A stretch of DNA of 64,000 bases, from assembly GCA_013239625.1 (NCBI GenBank), contig MU053588.1, positions 521,988 through 585,987 of the forward strand. The letters are read 5' to 3'. Below are positions 38,273 to 53,829 of this stretch, piece by piece; the first letter of the stretch is position 1, and every line of letters starts with the position of its first letter. Both the position numbers and the translations under genes were made by a program. The notes beneath the pieces were generated by a model, which had not been told where the DNA came from, searched no databases, and saw nothing but the letters and a program-made list of their open reading frames with translations. This DNA comes from Lama guanicoe (Eukaryota).

Positions 38273-41200
38273 TATTTACTTTGTTGCTCAAATTGTCTCA
38301 GCTTTGGCCACTTGACAGGGTAGGCTTTTGTGTCCTTTTCAATATGTATCCATCATTCTTTGAGGATTTTCTTCCTTTTAGGTTCCAGGCTCATCTTTCG
38401 TTTTCCCTGCTTCTAGTCCTAGAATCAACCATCTTTCCAAGAAGCTCTGGTTCCTTGATTGGAGAATGATTTTTAGAAACCAAGATCTGGGTGTAGGTGA
38501 GCTCATTGCTACTAGGGCATCTTTGCTGGAATGCTAAAAATGCATGTACACAGCTGTATTAATGTAACATGTATGTATATATTTTATACATATTAAAAAC
38601 CATGAATTTATTATACTGTTATCTCCGATTCCAACCTACCTGCACAGGCTTCAATCTAGCCTTTCCTCCCTTCTTATTTGTACTTTCTCTGACAATCAAA
38701 GACCTCCCTCTCTTTCTATATACTTAACTCATGACTTACTTAATTACTTATATGTTCAGTCCTAATAAACACATAAAATTGTTTGAAAATTCCCAACCAG
38801 TTTCTCTGTGAGAAATAAATTTGCTATCTACAGTATATTTGTACAGTTCTTTTGCCTTTAGTATTACAGTGTCCAGTCAAAATAATGGTTTCTAAGATTG
38901 TTAATTTTTTCCTTCTTCATTCTCTTCAGTGTGATTATTTTGTTATTTTAGGAACTCCCTCTCCTATACATCCTGCTTGATATTTATTTCTAAAATATGT
39001 GAACTATTACTATGATTCTAAGAGTGAGAGCAAACAGAAAAGAATTCTCAGTGAAGTGTTGTTCTCACCTCAGTTTAAATACTCTGCTCCTATTCTTTCT
39101 ACCCCATTTTCACTCAATCCTTCTAGATATGTGATCTCATCAGTTTCTGGTTTATTCCTCTTGATTCAGTTTACACAAGCAAATACTTGTACATGAAATC
39201 GCATTCTACATGAACTTCTGCACACCTTACGTTCTGAATTGCACTTTGCTGTTTTCACTTAATAGTTAATCCTGGAAATTACTTAAAACAGTTCACAGAG
39301 ATCTTCCTTACTGTTGTTATGATTACCTTATTATCATTAGTACTCCTGTGTGTGGATGTACTGTATTTTATTCATTGACTCCTGTATATGGGCTTTTAGG
39401 TTGTTTTCAATATTTTTCAATTATGAGTAACACAGAATAATCCTTGCCTATAAGTATTTTTCTACTGTTGGAAGTATAGCTTCAAAGTTGACTCCTAGAA
39501 GTATGGTTGCTGGTTCAAAACGTAATTGCGTATGTATTTTTGTATGATGTTGTCAGGCTCCTGCTCCAGAAGGGTTGGAACAGTTTGCATTTCTCCAGCA
39601 GGGTATGGGAACAGCCCTGTCATCCCTTTCAGATCTTAGAGAAATACCATTCTCCAATAAAAGACTCAAACAGAATGTGCTGTTATACCCTTTAATTTTC
39701 ACCAATCTGATAGGTGAAAAATGGTTAGCTCATTGTTCTAGTTTGCATTTTCTTTATGAGTGAAAGTGAACATTTTTTCACGTTTAAAAGCCATTTCTCT
39801 ATATTTTGTGAATTGTTGGGTTTGTGTCCTTCTTCCATTTTTCTATCTTTTTTTTAATCCTTTGTCTCTCAATTTTTAAGAGTGTTTTTACATATTAGGA
39901 GTATTATTAGCCCTTTGAAGTTATGTTGCAAATATTTTCTCCTCATTTCTTAGTTGTTTTGTGACTTAGGTTATGGCAATTTTGCTTTTTAAAAAAAATG
40001 TAGTCAAATTCATCAATCTTTTTATTACTTCTGACTTTTGTGTCACAGTTAGAAACTAAAAGTTAAAGATAAATATCCATATTTTCTTCTATTACTTGTA
40101 TGGTTTTACTTTTACATTTAAATCCCTAATCCATTTGCAGTTTATTTTTACATGTGGAGTAATATACAGATCTAGTTAAATCTTTTTCTACATGGCTATC
40201 CCAGTTGTCCCAACACCACTTATTCAAATGTCCATCTCTGCTTCTTTGATTTTCTTGTGTTCTTGAGTCTATTTCTTGGGCTTCCTAATCTGTTCTAGTT
40301 TTATTTGTGTAACCATGGATCAGTACCAAATTGCTATTCATATGGTTTGTGTTATAGTACATTTTAGTGTTTTTAGAGTTCCAACTTCATTCTTTCATGT
40401 GTGAATATCCAGTTGTCACAGCACTGTTGCTAAAAGGACTTAACTGAGTTTTGCTGGCACCATTTTTTTGATAATGAATTGACCATAAATTTGAGATATT
40501 TTACATTTTATTTCTGGATTGTGAATTCTATTCCATACATCTCTACATCTATCTTTATGCCAGTACCAAACTGTCTTGATTTACTGTAGCATTGGAGTGT
40601 ATTTTGAGACCGGGAAGTGTGAGTAGTGTTACTTGGTTCTTCAACACCCCCCCACCCCAGCAAGATTACTCTGTCTATTCGGAGTCTCTTCTACTTCCAA
40701 ATGATCCGCTTGTCATTTTCTGGACAAAAGGTAGCTGACATTTTGATGTGGATTGCATTGTACCTGTAGATCATTTTGTGGAGTATTGTCTTCCATGAAC
40801 CTGTGAGGTCTTCCCTTTTATTTAGTTATTTAATTTCTTTCAACAATATTTTTTAGTTGTCAGTTTATATATCTCAGCCTCTTTTGTTAAATTTAATCCT
40901 ACACATTTTTTGTTACTATTATACGTGGAATTTCTTTCTTAATTTTGTTTTTGGATTGATAATCTTGATTTTAGTTAAGATGATTTTACATCCTGGTATA
41001 CTGTCATATCTTCTGCAAATAGTAATAGTTTTATTTAAACTTCTTTACTTTTTCTACCTCTAATTGATTTATCTTGTCTAATCAAATTGGCAATTATCTT
41101 TAGCACATTCTTGAATAGTTGCAGAGATAGTAGGCATCCTTGATTTGTTCTTGATCTTAGCAGAAATGCCCATAGTTTATCCCCACTTAATAAGATATAG

Positions 41201-43740
41201 CCATAGAAATAAAGGGTGTGTGTGTGTGTATACAGGTGTTATGTTATTAAGTATCCCTCAGCATCTCTTTGCTTGCATTTTTCTTTGCTAATATTTTATA
41301 TAATTTCCATCGCTATTTATAAGTTATTTTGGCCCATATTTTCATTTAATGTCTCTTACCAGGTTTAGCTATATTTTTTCATAAAAACTACAAAGGGACT
41401 TAAGTAAGTTTTCCTTCATTTTCAGGGCCCTGGAACAATTTATAGAGCATTAGCACTACAGCTAAAAGCAATCATGGCTTTCTGCTACCTGTCTCCCAGT
41501 ATTTTCTCCTAAAAGCATACTAAACAAAGGAATGGAAAGGTAGTAAAACGAGACAAAATCCACATCCTTAGCATAATTTAAAAGCAGGATACCAAAAGTT
41601 GCAGACATATGTAAAAAAATACTAAAGTCACAAATCCCAGGACACACTCCCCTAGTGAAGACAGTTCTCCTTGATATTTAATGATAAAATTAATTAGTAT
41701 CAAAAGAACACTGCAATGAAAATGACTTTTATCTGGATTCACCAATTGATAAACTTTCCATATCTACTTTATTTCTGTCTATATTATATTTACTGCTATT
41801 TGAAAGTATGTCTTAAACATCATAACTTGACCCCTTAATCATCCAGCAAGCATCTCCTAAGAATAAGGATGTTTCTACAAATAAGGGTATAATTTTAAAA
41901 GTTTACAGAAATGTTCTTCACACAAAGGTTCTGTACTTCCACATAACAGCCAAAATTTTTCTCAGAAATCATTCTTTCTGCATTTACTGACATAATCATT
42001 TATTTCTCCATTGTTATGTCACTATGTTGAATTCTGTTTATTGACTAACCATTCTGGAATCCAGTGTGGTCATGATGTGTTGACACATTATTCCTTTTCA
42101 ATTTAGTTAGATTTGAATTTTTACTATTTCCTTTAGGTTTCACGAATGAGATGGGTCTGTAACATTCCTGTTTATTATCCTTTTTAAGGTTCGATGTAAA
42201 CATTGCATTAGCTTCATAAATGTATTGAAGAAGATGTACCCTTTTCCTCCATCTTGGAATGTTTGAAGGAATGTGCCAGAAAAACCAAGTGGGTCTTGAG
42301 TTTCCACTGTAAAGTTTTTTACATATTCAAATTATGTAATGCTTGTAGAATAGTTAAAGTTTTCTGTGTGTTAGACTTGTATTTCATCAGTTTTTCCATT
42401 AATATCATTGGTCTGTTTCAGGATCATTAATGTCACTGTCTGTGACAGTTTTTCAATCTTTCTTTGTCTTTCAGGATTTTAACTGTCTTGACAGACCCTG
42501 CCAAGTATCCAGTAGAGTATCTCCTAATCTGGGTCTGTTGTTCTCATGACTGGAGATATGGGTTTTTAGAAAAACTACAATAGAGGTGAAATGTCCTTCT
42601 ATCAGATCACATCAGGGATGCAGGATATCCATGTGACATCACTGGTGATGTTAACCTCAGCCTTTTGGCTAAGGTGGTGTCTGTCAAGTTTCTCCACTCT
42701 AAAGTTAGTATTTTTCCTTTTTCATACTCTGTTCTTTAGAAGCAACTCACTAAGGTAGCACACCCCGTGGGCGAAGGTGCAGGATTGGGAATTAAAAGTC
42801 TTCTTTCTGCAGAGTAGAAAATCTGTATTTTATCTAGAATTATTCTATATATGAAAGATTTCTCTTCCTTGTTTATTTCAGTGTGGGCTCACACATATTG
42901 ACTTCATACTTTGAGTTATAATCATGTTACATTATTTCTTTTGCTTTGGCTATTGGTAGCTCTTTTAGATTGGTTCTTATGTTCATTCAATATCCCCATC
43001 CTTCTGTTTTTTTTGAGGATTTCTTCCCTAGTACTGCTTTCAGACTCGTTTTGTCTTCTCCCTTCCCTGGTCCTAGAATCAGCCATTTCTCCTAGGAGCC
43101 CTTTTATCAGAGGATGGTGTTGAGAAACCAAGATCTGGGTGCTGGGTATACTCATTGCTACTGTGTCATTGCCTCTATGCCCCCCAAAGACCTATCTAGG
43201 TAACAGATGTATGCACACTCACTCATGGATACTTACGTATACCTGTGACTGTTTTATTATCCATCCATCTCTATCTACATTAAGTTAAACTTGAGTCCAT
43301 ACTGGTGTTTCTGACTGCCATCCAGTGCCAGAGGGTGCCTTCTACCCTTCCTGTCTTGTTTATCTGTAATGGTATTTCTCTGACAGAAAACTGACTCTCA
43401 CCATCCATCATCCATTCACTTATTTGTTCAGCCCCAGTGTACATGTAACATAGTTTGAGAAGTGTTAACCTGCACCCCCATGAGAAACAAATTCACTAAC
43501 TCCAGCAGTGTTTATGTACACTTCCTTTTGCCTTATATTTTTCAGTCAAAATATTGTTTTCCAAAGTTGGTAATTATTATCATAAGGCACAGTTTGGTAT
43601 ATTGCTCAACTTTTTAATTTCCAAATGTATGTTGATTGTCTAGTTGTCTTTGTAATATTGATTTCTAGCATAGTTTTTGTGATCAGATGACATACTCTAT
43701 GATTTTGATCCTTTGAAATCTGCTGCCAAGTATATGATCT

Positions 43741-43820
43741 CTTTTTGTTGCTGTTGTTGATGGAGGTACCGGGGATTGAACCCAGGACCTTTACTCTACC
43801 AGTGAACTATACCCACCCCA
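43741..43820 (-). mobile_element. Internally deleted Vic-1-like SINE
   Basis: GATGGAGGTACCGGGGATTGAACCCAGGACCT..CTCTACCAGTGAACTATACCC. Confidence 0.7.
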
Positions 43821-44886
43821 CTGTGATCTCTTTTTATAAGTAATTTGTCTTTGCCTAAATAGGAACTGAATTCTGTAATATTTAGCTTATTTCCATAGAT
43901 TTCCAGATCCTTATTGATGATCCGCTCAGACTCTGGACTGTGTCAATATTTGGCTTATTTGTTAACATGCCATGTTAACAGATGAATACAAAATTAATAA
44001 CCCTTATTAGGAAATCCTCTGCATGCATTGTAGAAAATAGAGACATAAAATTTATTTTCAAAACATTAAAATCTCATATTTCTACTACTTTAACACTTTA
44101 GTGGATTTACATACACACATGCATATACATGTTTTTCTTTTTACCAATGTGACATCGTCTTCTTACTGTTCTATAACCTGACTGTCCTTATCATTGATTT
44201 TTCTACTTCTATTTCTATTATATTTTGATTTTACTGCATCTTCAAAACCCAAATCCTATTCGTAGGATAGGTCCAGTTTGACTTGTTCAGATCAGTATCC
44301 AATGCCAGACTATGCATTCCAGCTGGTTATCCTATCACTGACATCTCTCTTAATCTAACACATTCCCTTTATTTGTGACACTGACATTTTGAAGAGACAA
44401 GGCCACTTATATTTCAAAATCTGTCATCTTCTGTACTTGTGTGGATACTGTCCATGGTATAATTTAACTTAGTTTCTATCCTTTGTATTTCAGTAAATTG
44501 GAAATTATTTTCAGTCTTGAGGGATTCATGTCAAACATTTGTGGCTGAAGTACATCACAGGTGGCATGTGTACTCCACTAAAAGACACAATGTGTGTGGG
44601 GTCGCACCACTGGTTTTGTAACGTGACCACTCAGTTAGGGTAACAGTTGGCTTCCTCCATTGTTCAGTTACATTCTTCCTGTTGTAACTGAAAAGAAGTC
44701 TGTATTATCTTGCTTTTGCATCACAGCAGTCATCAGTTCTATAAGCAGTTCCTCTCCTCCTAGTTTTAGCAACATCCTTTATACTTATCTTAATAAGATT
44801 GGGAATTGTTAGGTGGTTTTTAAAAAAATTCTATCATGATTTCTAGTTTTTTTATTGACATGATCAACTGGGGCTCTGGTTACTTT

Positions 44887-45020
44887 TTTTTTTTATTGAA
44901 GTGTAGTCAGTTACAATGTGTCACTTTTCTGATGTACAGCATAATGTCCCAGTCATGCATATATATACATTTATTCTTTTTCATTGAAGGTTATTATGAT
45001 ATTGAATATAGTTCCATATT
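44887..45020 (-). mobile_element. Very short 5'-truncated young L1 3' end
   Basis: T tract followed by TTATTGAAGTGTAGTCAG; TSD TGGTTACTTT (44877-44886 / 45021-45030). Confidence 0.82.
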
Positions 45021-45546
45021 TGGTTACTTTGAAATATAAATTGATGGGAGAGGGCAGGAAAATATATTTTACTTAATACTGATAATTATAAAGATTTTAG
45101 TAATATACTATTTAATGAAAAAATAACTGAAGATGGTTTCTGTTTTCTAAAGAATCATTATATTTTTATCTTTTATTTATTTAATATGCTTAATCCAACA
45201 TAATTTTTCTGTTCTTTCACAGTATTGGTCATACACAGCTTAATACTCAGACACATGGCTTTTTAACAGTCATAAATCTGTAAAATTTTCCTTTTTTGGC
45301 CTAAGTTTTATGAGACTTATCTTGTATCCTCCCTGCCCCATTCTTTGAATTAAACATTTCTTTAAGGATTTTCTGATCCATAATAGTACTAAATATTTAG
45401 AGATGACAGAGTAAATGATCACTGTGCTTATCCTTCTAGCCTTTTTGACAGTTTTTCTATTCTGTGGAGACTGATCTGTTCAAGATTTTTGTCTTTTGTA
45501 GAGTTGGTTTTGATAAATTATGTTTATGTCTTTTACTTTTACAATT

Positions 45547-45646
45547 TCTTTTTTTAATTTAAGTACAGTCAATTACAATGTGTCAATCTCTGGTGTACAG
45601 CACAATGTCCCAGTTATGCACGTGCATACATATATTCATTTTCATA
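45547..45646 (-). mobile_element. Very short 5'-truncated young L1 3' end
   Basis: Same L1 3' terminus; TSD TTTACTTTTA(C/T)AATT (45532-45546 / 45647-45661). Confidence 0.8.
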
Positions 45647-46007
45647 TTTACTTTTATAATTGCTTAAAATTTTATAATCCACTCTTTTCTCAATTAGTTT
45701 ACCTAGTGTGTCATTGCACATTGATTTTTCTTATCAAGGAGGTACTTTTTACAATTTATGTGTTGATTCTGTTCTTTTTCCAAGCTCATTTCATTCTGGT
45801 TCTTATCCTTATTCTTTCTGCTTTCCTTCAGTTTACTTTGATTTTTTTTCTAAATTTATAGTAAATTGTATATTAAATTTGTGTTGAAGTGACAACTTTT
45901 CTCTGAGCAGTATAGTTGGAAGTTGTACCTTCTGAAATGTAGTCTTTTCATTGTTTGGTGTCTCCATGCCTCTAGTTTCACTGTTTATTTCCTAGTATGA
46001 TAAAGAT

Positions 46008-46395
46008 TGTGACTCTATTTGAATTTTGACTGCAGACAGCTTTCAGGCTCCACTTCTCCTGCCCCACTTTTGGGAAAGCTGATAAAAAAGCCCGAGTGCT
46101 CCCTACTTCAGTGCCAGTGGGCAATTCAAACCATGCAAACCATGTCCCACTGCAGGAACCCTCAGCCCTGCACCACACCCTCACCACCATAAAAAAATCC
46201 CTAAGTCAGTCTCTTTTCCAGATCTCTCAAGTCATCTTCAGACCAACTTGGGAACAATCCTGCTCTCTCTAGGAAGCCTTACTATACAAGTAACAAATCT
46301 TTTCACACCTTCTTGGTGTATGTGTGTGGCATTCTCAGTCTTGACTCCCAAGTCCAATTTGGTGTGGGTATGCATCCTTCCTCTGCTCCACTACA
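46008..46395 (+). mobile_element. Old ERVL-type solo LTR (MER54/MER74-like)
   Basis: TGTGACT...ACTACA bounded, GC-richer block with LTR-like motifs (AAGCTGATAAAAAAGCCCG, TTCAAACCATGCAAACC). Family assignment tentative. Confidence 0.45.
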
Positions 46396-47767
46396 TTTAG
46401 TTAAAAGAAAATGATTTTTCTAGGTAGACAGAGCACTTTTTTTCTGATGTTGCTGTTATTTTCAGTGTTATTCTTTGAGGTCAGAGAAGGTGTCACTTCA
46501 CCTGTTTTACATATCCCACAATGGATTCACAGAAAAATACTCTTCGCCCTTGACTTGTGCGCCCCTCATTCTGCACTGATATTCCTTAGTCTTTCCCTAA
46601 ATCTCGATTGCCATCTTCCAGCTTGTAGCTAATACTTCCTTTTATGTACAGTTCCAAGCACTCTGGTACCCCCACACCTCCCCCATTTTATAGTTTACTT
46701 ATTCTCTCCAGCCTTTCCAAATGGAAAGACTTTTTAAGGTTTCCTTTTGAATATGTATCTGTGAATTGTCTAAAAAAGCATTAGAATGCTTATCTGGGAA
46801 GTATAAGAATGGTTGGCCTTGACAGTAAGGGAAAGGAGGAGAGGACACGTGGGAAAGAATATGCACCAACAGATATTTAGCACATTTAGAATAGATGAGG
46901 AATAAAAACCCAACTGAAGATCAGTAAGAATAATTATTCAGCACCTATGATACATCAGAACCTTGTCATTCAGTGATAAAGTAATGAGGGACTATGTCTT
47001 AGGGAAGTTTAGGGAAATGAAGAAAGAGAATATCGTAAGAAAATTAATGATATGATAATTGAAAGCAGAGGTATGGTGGAAACAATGAAGTGCTAAAACG
47101 AAACAACAAAAAAGACATGCACATACTTAGCTTTAGCAAGTACAGTCTTCCTGAGGGACAGGACATTCATCCTGATACATAAAGGATGAGAAGGATCCAG
47201 CCTACAGAGTGCCCAGGTCCAAGGGTTTCGACTGGATGAAACAGTCTGCAGAAAGCATTAAGTGATAGGGAAGGTTGTACCAGATCCTAAGTGATGGGGG
47301 ATAGCAGAGGGGTCAGGGTTTTGACATGACACCATGTAGGGAAGCAGAAGCCCTGCCGTCCATGGGAGTTTGGATTGTATGAGAAGAGCAAAGAGAAATC
47401 ACTAGAGAAACTTGGGATGAATTCTTAAAGTTTGATCTGCATCTAAATCAGTGATAGAAAATTTCAGAATAAAGGGTTCTTCTCTTCTTACTTCTAATCT
47501 GGTTAGTCTGTGACTGTGCCAAGATAGCAAATTTCTAACAATTTTGCTAAACTTTGATCCACACGTAAATTTCAGTAACTTCATCATGTTACATAACTTC
47601 TCATATATCTCAACTCTTTTTGGCCTTTTTAAAATTTCATTACCATATTTTAGAATTCTGGAAGCACTTCACTTATTGTGAGTGTTGGTTCTTATTTCTT
47701 TCATAGAAGGTTCATCTTCTCTGGGATAAGAAATACAGATATTTTTTGTTTTCTTCTTTTGTTTCAG

Positions 47768-49219
<1,452 letters not shown>

Positions 49220-49403
49220 GGACATGAGCAATAGGGGAATGCCTTTAGGTATGGCTTGGACTTTTTAAACATCAGACAGTTCACGCTACTGGTAAGAAAT
49301 GACTGAATATGTGTTGTAGGTATATCTTTACCAAACAAGAGAATTCATAGTACAGCTCATGCCACTTTAGAAAGCCTTCAGTGTCACTCTTGTTTTAATG
49401 GAA

Positions 49404-49937
49404 TGTCTGTTTAAACAATGGCAAATTAGGAAAAGGGAATCCCAATTTTCTTCATGCCTGTAACTTGTGCCAACTAAAAACTGGCACTTGCCATCTGTCT
49501 CTGCAAGGATGGAATCACGAGCTGCTGTAGCCACTGACCCTCAAACACCTTGAAAGGAGTTCTGGGTGGAGATCGGGAATGTGGCGCTCTGCGCTCGGGG
49601 AAAACTGGTGGAACAGGCCTTCAGATAGTTAGATACTTTCAGGAGAAGATTTTGTAAGTCCAAATTCTTGCATCTCCTTATATCTAGAAAAGCACTAAAA
49701 TCACTAATGGTGACAACCGCTCCTTGTGACTAGCAGCAAGCCTCTGCCAAAATGTGTGCTTGGCTGCACATACCCCACCTTCACTACAATCATATATAAC
49801 ACTGACGTTCTCCCCTGCCCCATGGGAGCAGTCCCTCAGTGCTCTCTGAAATGCTGTCTCCTGGGCTATAGTCCTCATTATGCCCCAAATAAAACTTTAC
49901 TCACAACTCTCATGTTGTGCATTTTTTTCAGTCGACA
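49404..49937 (+). mobile_element. ERV solo LTR just downstream of the zinc-finger stop codon
   Basis: TG...GTCGACA termini, TATA-like TATATAA ~49793 and AATAAA 49888-49893. Confidence 0.72.
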
Positions 49938-51484
49938 TTTGCATGGCATGGATTTTTAATTAAATTTGTTAATTTTATGGTTAAAAAAAAAACCTTCCAT
50001 GTTAATTATCAATGGCTATGTTACAAATTACTCCCAATCTTCCTGGCTTATCACAACAATAAGCAAACCTCACAGTTTCTATGGGTCAGAAAGTCAAGAG
50101 TGATTTGGCTGAGTGCTTCTATATTAGGTTTTTCATGAGATTGCAGTCCTCTGAAGGTGTGGCTGGGGCTGAAGGACCTGCCCCGTGGTGGTTCACTCAT
50201 AGTGGATGCTGGCCTAGAGAGTGAGAGTGTCAGGAGAAAACCATCCTCATCCACAGTGGGCCTGATGTAGATGAAATCCTGGACTTGAAGTTGATGCTGT
50301 GAATGGGTGAGACTTTTGAGGCTTCCTGTGCATACCTTCCATGTGGTAGGAATGTACAGTTTGTCCTCATTGGGCCTATGGGCATGTTTTTAAAATATAT
50401 CCACAAATTATTTGAAATTGCACCCTTCAAAACTGAAGCCTGATTCTTTTCTGTTTACATGTGGGCCGAACCTAGTCACTTGCTTCTAACCAGAAGGAAG
50501 ACAGAATGTGCAATACAGCTTCCTCCCGGGTCTGCTGCTCATTCTGTGTCGGTCACATCAGCTCTTCTCTACCTTGGGCTTCAGCTGAGGCTTCTGAAAG
50601 GCCCCTTTATGGGAACTTCACTGAATGGCCATTCTCTTAGATATCATCTTAGATCTTTCTAACATCTTTTTTTTTTCTTTCTAACATCTTGACCAAGGGT
50701 TTTTTATCCTCGTACTCTGTGGAGGCCCGATTACCTTCTGGGAGGAACATAACTGATATAATTGACCTGCTCCCTTTGTAAATAACCACCACGTTAATGC
50801 TGGGGCCATGCTTCTCATGGGCTGCCCCAGCCAGTTTTCTGAGCACAATGGGAGTATTAATGCAGGTCAGTTTTTGTGAGTCCTGGACCTTCTTAAGTGG
50901 GTAACTGAATCAAGAACTCCTCAATTTGCCTGGCCTGAACTCTGTCTTAGAACTTCACTGCTGTTTACATACTACACAATAGTTTTGCCACACTACCTTT
51001 TTTCACCCTCTCTCCTTCAGAATTGTCAGACTTGCATCCCAGCCTGTAGACTCTAACTACCCTCCCTGGCTCCCCGCTTTTTCCTTTATAGGTAGTTTCC
51101 TCAATATCCTTAGTGTATCTGATTCTTTGTTGTTACTTGCTTTTCAAAAGTTTGAGATGAACACACACCTTCTACTTACCTTTAGATTGTATTTTCCTAA
51201 CAGCGCTCTGGATTTGATCTTTGTCCAGAGGCCATTTCAAAAGTTCAGTATATTTGCTGGGGATTTCAAAGCCAGCAAGTCCTGTTTAACAGCCCTTCTT
51301 CAACTTATCTCACTTTTTGCACTTGAAGCAGTAAGAAGGTAGGTGGCACTGCCGCACTCTACCTGCAAGTCTCCTTGGCTAAACAGCCCAGTTCATTAGG
51401 TGTATTTTTCACTGTCCACGTTATCATGTGCAATGATATAGAATAAACTGTCTACTACTACAGGACCACAAGCTTGCCTCTCCT

Positions 51485-53190
51485 CGCGACTACAATGAAA
51501 CCACAAGTGAATGCTGAACAACCATCGAAAAAAGACTGGAACCTAGCAAAAAAGATCTTCTGCAACTGGAAACATAAAGAGGGAGCCCCAGTGGGACAGT
51601 AGGAGGGGTGTCCTCACAATATAATTGGGCCCCATACCCCTCAGGTGGGCGACCCACAAGCTGAAGATTTGTTAAGTCACAGAGGCCCTCCCACAGGAGT
51701 GAGAGCTCTAAGTCCCACGTCAGGCTCCCCAGCTTGGGTTCTGGCAATGGGAAGAGAAAGAGACCTCAGGACATCTATTTTTGAAGGCCAGTGGGGCTTG
51801 GTGCTGGGTGCCCCATGGGACTGGTGGACACAGAGACTTCATTCATTTGGGAAGTGTACAAGGAATCTCATGTGCACCAGGTCCAAGGGCAGAGGTAGTG
51901 ATTTCATAGGAACCTGGGCCAGGCCTGCCTGCTAGATTTGGAGGGTCTTCTGGGGACATAGGAGAGGACTGTGGCTCACCCAGGGAACATGGAAGCTGGT
52001 GGCAGACATTCCGGGAATGTTAATCTACATGAGCTTTCCTGGAGGCTGACATCTTGATTGGATCATTAGCACCAAGACCTAGCCCCTCCCAACAGCCTGT
52101 AGGGAAGCCTCAGGCCAAACAACATACAGGGTGGGAACACAGCCACACCCATCAGCAGACTTCCTAAGCCACAAAGGCCTCTAGACACAGCCCTACCCAC
52201 CAGAGGTCCAGGACCAAGCTTCACCCAGCAGTGGGCAGGTACCGGCTCCTCCTGCCAGGAAACCTGCATAAGCCTCTAGTCCAGCCTCATCCACCAAGGG
52301 CAGATACTAGAAACAAGAAAAGAACAATCCCAAAGCCTGTGGAAGGAGTCCACAAACACATAGAAAGATAGATGATATGGGGTGGCTAAGGAATATCTCC
52401 CAGGCCAAGGCACAAGGTAAAATCCCAGAAGAAGAAATAAGTAATGAGGAGATATGCAGTTTATCTGAGAAAGAGTTTACAGTAATGATGGTGAAGATGT
52501 TCAGAGAACTCAAGAGGAGGATAGGTGCACAGAGTGAAGTTTTTAGCAAAGAGTTGGAAAATATAAAGAATACCCAGAGGTGAAGAACAAAATCACTGAA
52601 ATGAATAACACACCAGAAGGAACCAAGAATAGACTAAATGAGGCAGAAGAACAGATCAGTGAGCTAGAAGACAGATTAGTGGAAATCACTACTTCAGAAC
52701 AGAAAACAAAAAGGAATAAAAAGGAATGAGGATAGTTTAAGAGAACTCTGGGACAACATGAAGCACACTAATATTCGCATTATAGGGGTCCCAGAAAGAG
52801 AAGAGAGAGCGAAAAGACCTGAGAAAATTTTGGAGACGTAATCATTGAAAACTTCCCCAACTTGGGAAAGGAAACAGTCACCCAAGTCCAGGAAGCACAG
52901 AGAGTAACACACAGGGTCAACCCAAAGAGGAATACACTAAGGCACATAGTCATCCAATTGACAGCAATTAAGGATAAGGAAAAAAATATTAAAATTAGCA
53001 AGAGAGAAGCAACAAATAACATATAAGGGAATACTCATAAGATTATCAGCTGATTTTTCAGCAGAAACTCTACAGGCCAGAAGGGAGTGGCATGATATAT
53101 TTAAAGTAATGAAAGGGGGAAACTTACAACCAAGAATAATCTATCCAGCAAGGCTCTCATTCAGATTTGAGGGAGAAATCAAACCATAAG
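51485..53190 (+). mobile_element. L1 5'UTR and decayed ORF1
   Basis: ORF 52377-52583 (LSEKEFTVMMVKMFREL), followed by LNEAEEQISELEDR, LRELWDNMKHTNIRIIGVPE, ADFSAETLQARREW and [14 protein letters not shown]. Confidence 0.9.
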
Positions 53191-53224
53191 AAAAGAGAAC
53201 AAAAAGAAGAAAAAAAAACCTACA

Positions 53225-53760
53225 AAAGATAGCTTTGGGTGTTCTGGGTTTTTTGTGGTTCCTTATAAATTTTGGAATTGTTTGTTCTAGTTCTGTGAAG
53301 AATGTTGCGAGTATTTTGATGGGGGTTGCATTGGATCTGTGGATTGCTTTGGGTAGTGTGGCCATTTTGATAGTGTTGATTTTTCCAATCCAAGAGCACA
53401 AGGTATCTTTCCATTTCTTTGTGTCATTTCGGCTTTTGGGGTATAGGTAACCTCCGTGATGAAGTTTATTCCTAGGTATTTTGTTGTTTTTGATGTAAAG
53501 GAAATGTTTATGTCAGAATAATAAAATTCTGGTTTTTGAACTGGAAAAAAAAGTGAATGAAGGACCACAAATGGCAAAATATCCTTCTTTCTTATGGGTG
53601 AGTTGTATTCCATTACATTTATGCATGCTGCTTCCTCATTATCTATTCAACTGTTGATGTGCACTTGGGATGCTTCCATGTCTTGAAAATTATAAATAAT
53701 GTTGCTGTTAATAGCAGGGTGTACGTATCTTTTTGAATTAATTTTTATTTTGTGGTTGTT
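53225..53760 (-). mobile_element. Antisense L1 ORF2 and 3'UTR fragments
   Basis: Minus [32 protein letters not shown]; antisense 3'UTR motifs at 53570-53750. Confidence 0.8.
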
Positions 53761-53829
53761 TTTATTCCTCTGATAACTGTGTAAGTTTAAAAAGCTGAAG
53801 CTCTAAGTGTTCTTAGAAACAATGAACAG

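Noticed and set aside
35650..43560. Three similar blocks (~35.65-36.5, ~38.3-38.9, ~42.5-43.6 kb; e.g. GAAACCAAGATCTGGGTG) as a local segmental duplication
   Set aside because: They look like separate antisense copies of an old L1MC/L1MD-type 3' end, which are common in KRAB-ZNF introns.
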